NCBI GenBank assembly: GCA_047967505.1
Contig: CM106538.1
Strand: one strand, 5' to 3'
DNA length: 64,000 bases
From: Dipteris shenzhenensis
Taxonomy: Eukaryota
The stretch's first letter is position 1. Every line of letters starts with the position of its first letter. Under the pieces are notes generated by a model that made no database searches, was not told the DNA's origin, and saw only the letters and a list, made by a program, of their open reading frames with translations. Positions 1 through 11,494 of this stretch are shown piece by piece. The translations under genes were made by a program, and so were the position numbers.

Positions 1-322
1 TCTTTGCATGGCTAGGGACTAGGGCTTGGGAACCCATGTACCTAGTATGGACATGTGGCATGAACTACGTCGCCTAATAGGTTCAACCAGTATACAAGGA
101 AAAGTAAGAAAACGAATGATATCATACATCAGTTATAGACTGAGGGTCTGGCATTTCATCTTTAAAATCCTTAACAAATACCTTGCTGCCTATGTACATA
201 GCCCATTTGCCTTCATTTCTCGCCAACTTCACCTTTGCTATTTTTGAGCTTTTATTCTTCATTTGATTTTTTGTGAGTTCCTTTGCAATCCACACCTATA
301 GACCTTTCAACTGAGTTAGGTT

Positions 323-667
323 TGATGGAATGTAATGCTCAGTCCTTCGATTCCCCAGAATCATCATCTTGAGGGAAGGCCTACTTCATGATGTTGATCT
401 TGAGGGAAGGTGTTGAGAGTTCACGCTCAACATCATGTGATCATGTGTGCATAGCACCATCACGTGATCATATGTGCATAGCACTAACCTTATAGAGTGC
501 TATAAAGGAAAGGGTTAGATCCCCTAACCCTAACCCTAAAAGGGTTTGTATATATTCTATTTTTTCAACTAAATCTAGTGTACAGTTAGTCATTTGTGGT
601 GTGCTCTCTAGCTGTGCCCTCTCTCCTCATCTCCACTCTTCTCCTCTCCCCTCTTCATATTTTGTCA
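323..667 (+). repeat. 5' LTR of A1, long form (TGATGG...TTGTCA, 345 bp); contains the 257-bp short LTR at 411-667
   Basis: 411-667 matches 28832-29088, 40775-41031 and the reverse complement of 61732-61988. 323-410 matches the sequence at and after the pol stop in other copies (about 45438-45528; reverse complement of 61989-62079). Confidence 0.93.
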
Positions 668-679
668 TGGTATCAGAGC
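668..679 (+). promoter_or_regulatory. Primer binding site for initiator tRNA-Met
   Basis: TGGTATCAGAGC directly after the LTR's terminal CA; also at 29089-29100 and 41032-41043. Confidence 0.95.
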
Positions 680-3405
680 ATGGTTCTGCCTTCTGCTGAG
701 GCACCATCCTTCTTGAGAGTGCGAGAGAGATTGTGAGATTGAGAGTTCTCTTGAGTGTTCTCCGTGAGAGTCCACTTCCGGTGAGAGATCTTCATCCATT
801 CATTTGAGAGAAAATTTCCATCATTCCTTAAGAGATTTCCATTCATTTCTTGAGATTTCCTTGTGAGGATTTCAATTCATTTTGTGAGACTTCCAATGTG
901 AGAGAGAGAGATATGCTCCTTCATTTCTTGAGAGAATTTTGATTGAGAGCTTATATTTTCATTATTGAGAGAAGAGTGAGAGAGCTTACAAAGCTCGGAT
1001 ATAGGGAGAGTTCATTGAGAGAAAAGAGAAAAGCTAAGGGCCGCCTCGATTAATCACTTACACGCAAATCTGCGAGGTCCTCTCTCGAGAAGAGAGCGCA
1101 AAATGGATGTGGACGACAAGCAAGGAGTTCTCCTATTAAGAGAAATAGGGAGAGTGTAAGAGGTAGTCTGTACATCAACTTTGAGACAGCCAGCATCTAC
1201 AGTTGCCTCTCCATCTACTCCAAAACAACAAGGGCGGCCGACTAGCTACAACGACTTCATCGAGTAGGCACCGAAATCTTTGGAGGAAACGATGACAAAA
1301 TATGAAGAAGCCTTATCTGCACTTCCAATCGGCTAAGCCTTGTCTAAGCTTCCAATTGACTGGATCGTCTCTGCCATCCTCAACGAGCAGCCTAATGAAG
1401 GCTTCACGAGCCATAGCGTCACCAATGACCTTCTGGTCGGCACTTCAACGACTTCAGAGGCCTTCAACAGTTAGTCATTGTGAGCCTCCTCCACCCTCAT
1501 GGAAATCAGTGTCGTGACCTTGGAGTCTGCACAAGCTACGCCTTCAACCTCCAGCCATGGACTTCAGACGGGCTCCCGAACAGCAAAGCTGCCTCCAACT
1601 AGCACAACAGCGATCTACGTCAACTTCGACTTTGGCACCTTTACCTGCATCTGCAACTGGCTGCAGCAACTTCTCCTTCAATCGACAGCTGCCCTCATAG
1701 CTCTTAGAACATGGACGTCGATTGTCATAGCCAGAGCTCCCTCAACGACCAAAGCATCCCTGACCCTGCAGTCTCCACAGGCTGCGCCATCGACAAGGGA
1801 CTCCAACCCTTCAGTACTCGAAGCTATTGTCTTGTAGCACGACAAAAGCTTACGAGCACTGCCATTCAAGCCTCTCCAGCCTAGCCTAGGCTCTTCTCTC
1901 TACTGCGCGTCCTTTCTCTCTACTATCCGGGATCCAACTAGCACACGGGCTTTGCCGCCCCCATCCACAGCGCTACGACTTGCACAGCATCCTGCCTCGC
2001 AGTAGACATACCGTATCGCCATTTTCCTTCAAAGGTTGAAAGTCACACAAAAATCGACATGTGGCGGATCAAATATAACTACGGTTAGATTAAAGTAACC
2101 TTGCTAGGTTGGTACAGTAAAGTTTACTTGGGTTAGGTTTGGTTGGCCAAATTTGTGCCATGTTGCAACCTTATCCTACCCAAGTGCCACATCACCACAT
2201 TATCCTGACACATGGTAGTCGACTGCCATGTCATCACCTTATCATCCTATCTACCACATCAGTAGCCACATCACCATCGAGTGCCACATCATCAGTTTAT
2301 CTCCGACTACCACATCACCACTGACTGCCACATCACCAAGCATGTCATCATTGCCACGTCAGCTGCCACATCATTACTTCCATGGCAACATTGCCATGTC
2401 ACCTTGTTGACATCATCTGTGCCACCTCAGCATTGCCACCTCAGTAGTCCAGTCAGCACTGACCCTCTGCAGGCACAGTCCCTTGTCAAGCACACTGTGC
2501 ACACACTACTGTGCACACACTGCATGTGCACACAGTTACCACCTCAGCATAGAGCTTCACTGGCACACCTCTTGCTAAGCACAGTGCCACCATCACTACA
2601 TGTGACTCACAGTGACACATCATCATTGAGCACATTTGCACTCCTTTTTCCCCTCCACCTAGATCAAGTCATATCTCTTGATCCAGGAAGAATTTGAGGG
2701 CTCTCTAAAAAGAAAAGTCGCTCATTTTTTTGTGCTCTACGCGCTTGTCACATCATGCACACATTTTGGTGCAAGTTGCACTCACATTTGAGCCTCGCTG
2801 ACAAAACCACTTCCTTCACACACATTTGCCTCTACATCGATGCATCTGACCTAGCACTTAAAAGAACAAAAGAAAAGGAATTATTTGCTGTTCTTTCATA
2901 GATCGACGGTTGGTTTAGATCTAGATCAGAGTAGACTAGATCACCATAGAGGGGACGCTTTGAATTTCCCCAAGTTGCCAATCTAAGCCATGCTCGAAAT
3001 TCCCGACTAGTACCTACTCGGAGTTAGTCCATATGCTCACATACGGTTTCACATCATTACATTACCTGAAACCTTATGTTCATTAGATCAGTGAGTAGAC
3101 TTCAGAGTTCAGAGGCATTGCAGATTGTTTCAGTGGGCAGATAGCATTTGATTTCACACACACATGCCACTATTGTAAAGCCTATTCGGCTATCTCACGG
3201 CATCGTGCACATCATTTTCAGCCTTGTAAAGCCTCTTGGCTATTCCTGGCATCATTGCCACAAGCCTTGTAATACAGATCAGATTTTATATACTATAGTT
3301 CTATCTTCACTGACGGTACAGAAATTTGACTTGGCATCTTCAGTGTATTTGCAGTTGATTCATACAGAGATTTTCAGGACACTTTTTGAGTACATTTCTT
3401 GCACC

Positions 3406-4430
3406 ATGTCGACTAGCAACCTCAATCTAGAGGCATCTGCTAAGTTAGACAACTCCAATTATGGTACATGGAAATATCGAATGGAGACCATTCTTGTGCT
3501 TCAAGACAAATGGGAGTATGTCGATGGGTCTACACCTAGACCATTGGCCGATCTAGCCACCAGTAGCTCTACTCCATCTGTTGTCACAGCACTAGCAACG
3601 AAATCTACAACGGGATCTACATCTTCACAAACAGTTTCCGCACCAGTAGCAAATCCTACCATTGCCCGAGCTCAAGCAGAATGGGATAAGAAAGACAAGT
3701 ATGCCTATCACCTGATCAAGTAGAATGTGCAAGATGTCATGTTAGGACAGCTCAACACAGTCAAGACATCAAAAGAAGCATGGGATATGTTCGCATCTCT
3801 CTACAAGTCCAAGAACACATCTAGGATTCTCACCTTGAGAAACCAGATCAACCAGAGTTTCTGCAATAGTAGTGAAACCGGTCATGCTTATGTACTCCAC
3901 ATCAAAGACTACAACAATCAACTTGCAGCAGCAGGAGAGACTATGAACCCCGCAGAAACGGTTCAAGTCATTCTGAATGGACTAGGAGAGGGATACGAGA
4001 ATCTAGTCCAGAGTATTGCCATCCAATGGCAAATTTTGACACTGGAAGAACTTCAGTCAGTCCTACTTGGTGAAGAACTCAGGACTCAAGCCATTCAAGC
4101 ACGTAAAGGTCATTCTAATTATCATGCATTCATAGCTTCAGACAGAAGCAGAGGCAAAGGCAGAAACAGAGGTAGATCATACCAGAAAAGTGGTCACCGT
4201 CAATAAAATCAAAGTCAGAATCAGCATCAGCATCAGCATCAGCATCAGCATCATCCTCAGCAACATCAAAATCAGCAAAGAGGAAATCATTCCAACCGAG
4301 GAAAATTCCAAGGACGAGGGAATGCATCCACCAATGTGTCAAACATTCAGTGCAACTACTGTCACAAGTTTGGACACTATGAAAGAGATTGCCGCAAGAA
4401 GCAATACGACCAAGGCGGTCAATCCAGCAG
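3406..4430 (+). pseudogene. gag: Copia gag of A1 (UBN2-type, zinc knuckle), with internal stops
   Basis: KLDNSNYGTWKYRMETIL N-terminus and [14 protein letters not shown] knuckle; in-frame stop TAG at 3721. Confidence 0.92.
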
Positions 4431-7023
4431 TGATGACTACAGTAGATATTGTTGGGTCTACTTTCTGAAAGAGAAATCTGAAGTGTTTTCCAGATTTCAA
4501 GAATTCAAAGCCATGGTAGAAAACCAGACAGGCAGAAAGATCAAGGTCATGAGATCAGACAGAGGAGGTAACTACAACAATCAACTTGCAGCAGCAGGAG
4601 AGACTATGAACCCTGCAAAAATGGTTCAAGTCATTCTGAATGGACTAGGAGAGGGATACGAGAATCTAGTCCAAAGTATTGCCATCTCAAGAAAAGTCTC
4701 TATGGCTTAAAGCAAGCACCCAGAATTTGGTACAACAGAATTGACAAGTATTTTGCTAATCTGGGGTACATGAAGTCCAATGCAGATCATACTCTCTACT
4801 ACAAAGTTCAAGGGGAAGACATTACTATTGCACTTTTGTATGTAGATGATCTGATTGTGACAGGAACCAAGGATAGCTTCATCATAAAATTAAAACAAGA
4901 CTTATCTGCAAGGGCCCGGTAGTTCCGGACTTAGTCTCCGGTCGTGAGCACCTTACGTCGGACCCGTTGCCGAGTCCCAACCTCCATTAACGTCTCTTTT
5001 CTGATACCAAATCCCCTTTATGTGCAGCTTAGCCAAACACGACCCCTGGCACAGGCTGTTTGCCGTTTATCCCCTTGCACCACACCCCACTGGGCAAGCC
5101 CTTAGGCTTCACGATCTTCGGTCTGCAGAGTCACACGGGTCACCAAGACCCCCAGGAACATCCATCGTGCAACATCCTGATCAGCCCATGTTTCTTTCCG
5201 GTTGGTGGCCTTTACGTGGGTCAGCACATCTAACCCTTTGGGCTCACCTCAAGTCCCGGCTCGGTACCCAACAATTCACGGTTTGTACAATGGTATGGAG
5301 AACACACATGGCCCTCACCGTTCCCACTCACTTTCACGTGCCCTCAACCCGTCCCACGTTTTTCATTACCTGTTCACCGCACGTGCCTTGTGCACCTAAC
5401 CGTGTCACCTGTGCTCCCTTTCCACCGTTTGCGCCTTGTGCACCTACCTGTTTCATTCTCATGCCTACCACGCCTTCCTTGGTCACCTGCACGCCTTGTG
5501 CATTTTTTCGACTTCCCTTCGGGTCTACCACGTCACTTGGTCTTGGACCTACACCTTCCGTGCTCCTCATCCCAACCTCCTTACCTCGAGCATTTATTTG
5601 ATTTGACTTTGGTACAACAGCACTGCTCTTCTTTTCCTTCGCACCTCCCGCACCTCTCGCACCTCTCGTCTCCATCACCGTGCCTTTCGTGCCTCTAGTC
5701 ACCATGATCGCGCTTCTCGCCCCTCGGGTCTTCACTACGCTTATAGCATCTCGGGGTTTTGCAGATAAGTCTTGTTTTAATTTTCTGATGAAGCTATCCT
5801 TGCTTCCTATCACAATCAGATCATATACATACAAAAGTGCAATAGTAATGTCTTCCCCTTGAACTTTGTAGTAGAGATTATGATTTGCATTGGACTTCAT
5901 GTACCCCAGATTAGCAAAATACTTGTCAATTCTGCTGTACCAACTTCTGGGTGCTTGCTTTAAGCCATAGAGGCTTTTCTTGAGATGGCAAACCTTTTTC
6001 TCCTTTCCTGGTTCAACATAACCTACGGGTTGTTGCATGTAGACTTCCTCATCTAGATAACCATTGAGAAATGCATTCTTGACATCGAGCTGATACACAT
6101 TCCATTTACTGAGTGTCGCTAGTGATATCAAGAGCCATATGGAATCCATCTTTGCTACTGGAGCATAAGTCTCATCATAGTCTTGACCATATTGTTGTGC
6201 AAATCCTTTTGCAAAAATCATGGCATATGAAGATAATTCACATGTGCAGATACTCCTCAGCAGAATGCAATAGCTCAAAGGAAGAATGGGACTTTAGCAG
6301 ACAGTGCTAGAGCAATGCTTAGTGAAAAGCATCTTCCGAATCAGTATTGGGCAAAAGCAATAGCTACAGCTAACTATTTGCTTAATCGGCTTCCTACTGA
6401 ACCGATACAAGGTATGACTCATTATGAAGCATTCACTGGACACAAGCCACACATTGGGCATCTCCGCATATTTGGTTGCATAGCATATGGCCACATACAT
6501 GATGATCATCGCAGGAAATTGGATGCGAAGTCACGCAAATGCATCATCGTTGGCTACAGTGAAGAAAGCAAAGCATACAAATTGTATGATCCCATCAACC
6601 GCAAAGTCATTATCTCCAGAGATGTAATCTTTGATGAGGAATCAGAATGGAAAACCTCACCTACATAGGAGATAGAAGCATCGACTTCACAGTCATCTAC
6701 AGAACAGGTTGATGAAGAAGAGCAAGAATTGCCAGCAACACCCCAAGTAGAGCCACAGCAGCTCAGACGGTCTATTAGGGAAAGCAGACCACTAGCCACA
6801 TTGACATATGCTCAGAAAGGCAAAGCAATTTAGGTGGAAACCACCAATTATACTCTTTTGACTACCATCATGGCTACAGAAGAGCCAGTGTACTTCGGAG
6901 ATGCAGTAGACAAGCCAGAATGGCAAACTACTATGAATGAAGAAATGGATGCTTTGTATAAAAATAACACTTGGGAGTTATGTGACCTTCCACCAGGAAA
7001 GAAGGCCATAGCCAACAAATGGG
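4431..7023. pseudogene. pol: Scrambled pol of A1: integrase piece, repeated gag piece, RT piece (+), foreign insert, RT piece (-), then integrase core to start of RT (+)
   Basis: [19 protein letters not shown]...RSDRGG (4431-4569); gag repeat (4570-4686); [13 protein letters not shown] (4679-4910, +); RT (5760-6214, -); TPQQNA...YWAKAIATANYLLNRLPT...KLDAKSRKC (from 6207, +). Confidence 0.9.
4911..5759. other. Foreign ~850-bp insert between the inverted RT fragments
   Basis: GC-richer and absent from the other A copies; PBS-like TTGGTATCAGAAAA on the minus strand near 4997-5010; low-complexity G/A/V/K reading frame on the minus strand. Confidence 0.6.
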
Positions 7024-7377
7024 TGTTGAGATATCGAGCTCCACTCAAGATATGCCAGGGTGACCGTTGTGTACTTATGTCACCGACTTGTTAGCTGGAG
7101 ATGCGGTTGGTACACCGCCCATGAATAATAGCTGGATGACAGCTATCCTTATCTACACTAGTTCGTGGCTCAGTTAGTATGCCACCTTAGTTAGTTGAGT
7201 TTAGTTTTGAGACCCACATATAGGGTTCTTCTATTTCTTTGTACTTGAGTTCTTTTGGCTTTCACAACTAAGAAGAGGAAAACTGTTTTCAGCCTCCACC
7301 TTTGTGTGTATTCCCCCATTTGTGATTGTGAGAAAGCCGCAAGTGAGACTCCTTCCCTCTCTCCCACTATCTTCACA
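7024..7377 (+). repeat. LTR of copia family B (354 bp, TGTTGAG...CTTCACA)
   Basis: Near-identical to the reverse complement of 63491-63844; preceded by ATGGG; followed by TTAGC rather than a PBS. Confidence 0.95.
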
Positions 7378-8880
7378 TTAGCTGACTCATGTGCATGTAC
7401 TATGCATCCATATGAGCAAATCTGGCCCAAAAGAAAATGCCAACTGCAATGGCAATCCAAAATGCCAATAAGTGCCAAATGGCTCAAGCATAAACACCGT
7501 CCATGGGAATATGCATCAATAATATCTCATCCAAGAGAGCATAACACTATCAGTGCATCACCTGCAATGTGTCAAAGCTGTCCCTCAGCATAAAATAGCA
7601 TCCATGTGCAAAGCGTCCAAAAAAATAGCATCCCACAAGGCAATCTGGGCCTATCAGCGCATCCAATAAGGATTGCAATGCATCCAAATGGCCTATAAAT
7701 CATCCACTGCAACCCAATGCACACCACGAATGAGCACACATGGCTCAAACTACAACCAGAGTGATCTGCATAAGGTATGCTCAAGAAATCATGGTCCCAT
7801 GAAAATGATCGCTACTAAAAATAGAACCTGAGATGCCTCAAAACATGGGCACCATTGCATAATCGGACTCAGCAAGAAAATCTACAAATATCTCTCTTCT
7901 GCTGGAACTCCAAAATCCCAACCGATGAGTGAGACATGGAGTCAACACTTATCCACTGCCATGTGGCATAAATCTAAGGTTTCAAAACCTTAGAATGAAA
8001 AAATGCATAACAGAGAGACAAAATCCAATGCACAGAGATCTATAACTCTAAAAATACTCCACCAAATCACGCAAGAACTGATAGGTAGGGGTTTTTAGGT
8101 GTCCAAAATGCAATGGGACAGACGGTTTTGGAAACCGTGGTCTCAATCACTAGGTCCAACACACAGACTGAAAAACGTTTTTGGAAACAAAACTGTTTGT
8201 AAACTCCATCAGAGTGCCAATGATGAGCAACATAGAAGTTTTAGGACCTCTTGAGTCCACCGAAATTGACAGATCTCCAAATGGTTGCTCCAAACTTGAG
8301 TTCCAACACCCGGGCAGAAAAATGCAGAAACTCACACGGTGAGTTAGAAATCCATTAAAATGATCCTAGATTCAAGAATGAAGGTGTTTTTAAGCTCCTG
8401 AAGTGAAGTGGACACCAAAAGCAAGCAATAGTTGCCTCTACAAGTCAATAGGGAGTCTCTGTCGTCGAACGGAACAGGGAAAAGCTTAAAAAACGACTTT
8501 TTTTTTTGGAAAACACTTAACAGGCTCTCAAAACCACTTCACAAAAGCAAAGTGACTTTTCTAAAGGTTTCTACAAGGTCTCTACACACTCGGATGTAAG
8601 CAAAGTCACCCACAAAGCTTCCCACAGAGCTTGTCCTTCCTCCCACAGAGCTGCTGAGCTTCCAGGCATTCACGCACGCTCAGCCAGATCACCCGGGCTC
8701 TGATACCAATTGAGAGTGCTCTCGACAGAAGCAAGAATAGAAGAGGGAGAGAGAGAAAAGAGAGCCACACAAGTTTTGGTGGGTGCAGAACACCCTTATC
8801 TTCTTTTTCATTCATTTATATATGTGTTTGAGTATTGTACATAACCAGGGTAAAGGCATAGTGACCTTTAACCCCCACAA
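7378..8880 (-). mobile_element. 5' remnant (LTR end, PBS, leader) of another LTR retrotransposon
   Basis: Reverse-complement PBS GCTCTGATACCA at 8697-8708, followed by AT and TG (8711). The far LTR boundary is uncertain. Confidence 0.65.
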
Positions 8881-8884
8881 GCAC

Positions 8885-9540
8885 CCTAGAAAAGACTTTC
8901 TCATGTTCTTCAAACTCCAACATTCTACAATGTGGGCTTGCGTAACTTCTCGCTCTATCATGAGCCTTTCTAATGTTGCCTCTAGCAAACTTTAACGTTG
9001 TATTCATATTACCAAAAAGCCTTTGGCTGTTTGAACCTTTTATTTTTGGAGTCCCACTACAATCGGGGCTCTAGGTTGAAATCCATATACCCCAATGACT
9101 TGATTGACCCTCTCTTTATGGATGACCATCTCTGTTTGACCATCTCTTTGTGGATGATCTGTGGTCACTGTGTTCATATTCAAAGTAGCTTCTAAGCTCA
9201 TATCCAAAAGTGAATGTAAAATTTGCTATCTTCATCACTCACAATACCAGTTGGTAGCCCATACAATGTATTGATATACTCCATAGATAGCCTTGATAAT
9301 TATGGAGTTTTAAACTCTTTAGTGGTTGGAATAAAATGAGCAATCTTGGTCAAAGGATCCATGATTCCCCACACAGTGTCATGCCCCCTCTGTGTCCTAG
9401 GTAATCCAATAATAAAATACATGGAAATATGCTTTCCCATGTCCTAGGTAATCCAATAATAAAATACATGGAGATATGCTTTCCCATTTCCTAGATGGGA
9501 TCTCCAAGGGATGTAGGAGGCTCCTACCTTAAGGGATTCA
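8885..9540 (-). pseudogene. Ty3/gypsy integrase remnant
   Basis: Minus strand reads HPLEIPSRKWESISM.FIIGLPRTQRGHDTVW...TKIAHFIPT and ARGNIRKAHDRARSYA...EF...KVF; 47-bp tandem duplication near 9393-9487. Confidence 0.8.
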
Positions 9541-9714
9541 ACCTTATTGACCAGGAAGTTTTCCATGTGACTCCTTAATGAAAGCTTCACAATTTGTTGG
9601 ATGCCTCCTCATAATTTTCCATATTTCAAGAAAGTGAGGATCAAACTCACATTTTTTGTTTAAAGACTCTAGGAAATCATTTTGGAATTGAGTTAAGATC
9701 AATATCAGTTTAGA

Positions 9715-10610
9715 GTAATGTCATTTGGTTTAACAAATGCTCCAATAACTTTTATGACATTTATGAACAATGGCTTGAGCCATATTTAGGAAAATTTCCA
9801 ATTGCTTAGAGATAATACTCTTTTTGCTAAATAATCCAAATGTGAATTCTTTGCAAAAGATGTAAAACACTTAGGACATATTTATCCCAAAAAGGGATTT
9901 GTATGGATTTTGAAAAGGTAAGGGCCATATTGTAGTGGCCACATCCTACAAAACTGCGAGAGATATAGATAATCTTAGGTTTGAATGGATTTTATAGGAT
10001 ATCCATCCAAAGATATGCTAAGATTCCTATGCCAATGTGAAGGTAAGTACCTTCATATTGGATGAACCTCAAAAGAAGAGTTTTGAAAAATGAAAAGTGG
10101 CTATAGCATCAACTCATGTCTTATACGTAGGGATCCCAATGAACCATTTGTGGTTGAAAGAACTGCTAGTCATTTTGCTATTAGGGTGGTACTTTAACAA
10201 AAGGGTCCACTACTGGCTTTTGAAATCAAGAAGCTAGACCATGCCCAACATAATTACTCAGCATACGAGAAGGAACTAAATGCCATACTTCATGCTTTGA
10301 AGAAATAGAGTCATTATTTATATGGTGCTAAATTCAAGATCACTTTTTATCAAGAAAGCATTTAGTCGATTTGCAATCAGCATACAAGAAGGAACTGTAT
10401 GCCATACTTCACGCTTTGAAGAAATAGAGGCATTATTTATATGGTGCCAAATTCTAGATCACTTTTTATCAAGAAAGCATTAAGTCGATTTGCAATCAAC
10501 CAGATTTTAAAGGAAGAAAAGCCAGATGGGTTGAAATGATGCAAGAATTTGATATCCAATTGACATGTTGGAAGGGGAAGTTCAACGATAATGCCCATAC
10601 CTAGTGCAAA
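9715..10610 (+). pseudogene. Ty3/gypsy RT-RNase H remnant
   Basis: VMSFGLTNAP, SKCEF, DPNEPFVVE and NYSAYEKEL.AI.HALKK motifs; ~120-bp tandem duplication at 10259-10498. Confidence 0.8.
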
Positions 10611-11494
10611 ATGATGTCTTAGGGACATCCTCTCCTCTAATTTGCATTTAGTGATATCTTGAACTTACTTCAATTTTAGTAAAATACATTTCCCATTGCA
10701 ATTAAAGATAGCTCATAAATGCAGGCATATGAACTTATTTTTTATTGTGACTTTATTTAAATATTGATAATCTATGCATAAAAGCATAGTACCATCATTT
10801 TTCTTTACCAATAAAACTGGTGAGAAACATGGTCAACTACTTGGTTGAAATTGGCCCTTCATGAGATATTTAGTTTTTTCTTTCAACCTCAAGTTCTTCC
10901 ATTTGACTAAGTCTATATGGGGGTTTACAAATAGGGGTAGATCTAGGAATTATGTCTATTTTATGATCTACTTCTCTCTTGAGGGATAAACCATCATGCA
11001 AATCGGACAAAAAACATCTTTAAATTCAACCATTAAATCATGACAGAAGATTTATACTTTTTAACATTATCAAGAACAATTGTACTTCTTTCATGTGAGG
11101 AAGAGATAAAATAACCAAAGAAAGTAAGTTCACAAAGATATAACTCGCATTCTTATTAGTGTAGAAGTCGTTCCAATTCCATCAAACTAATAAGTGGAGA
11201 ATTGGGCACATCGAATTCTCCCCTCTAGAACCTCTCTATTGCATCACTCCCCCCTTGGCTAACGTGCCTCAATCTCTTCCTCCTCAATTGATGTGCACTG
11301 TTCTACTCAACCAACCTCGATTGCTATGCCTTGCATTACCTCCAGACTCCCTTTGTTCCTGCATGTTTCTGCTCTCTCCCACAACTCACTGAGCCTGTTG
11401 GATGCGTCGACTTCGATTGCTATTTCTGCCTTGGTTGGGGGCTGATTAATGCTCCTCGAGTTCACTCGTTGATTGCCTTAAACCTCTCGCTCCC

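Larger units (their letters stand above)
323..7023 (+). mobile_element. Ty1/copia LTR retrotransposon family A, copy A1, 5' half (rearranged, non-functional)
   Basis: LTR 323-667, PBS 668-679, ~2.7 kb leader, gag from ATG 3406, integrase and RT pieces. Stops at codons K-W-V (7023), where a family B LTR begins. Left flank AGGTT (318-322). Confidence 0.95.

Noticed and set aside
323-679. PPT-LTR-PBS read as a shared middle LTR of a tandem element or an integrated 1-LTR circle
   Set aside because: Homology stops exactly at TGATGG with no upstream pol, and the flank matches the TSD at 61727-61731, so a long LTR explains it better.
5334-6278. 314-aa ORF as a novel RT fusion gene
   Set aside because: Chance read-through across the junctions of an inverted RT fragment, antisense integrase and the foreign insert.
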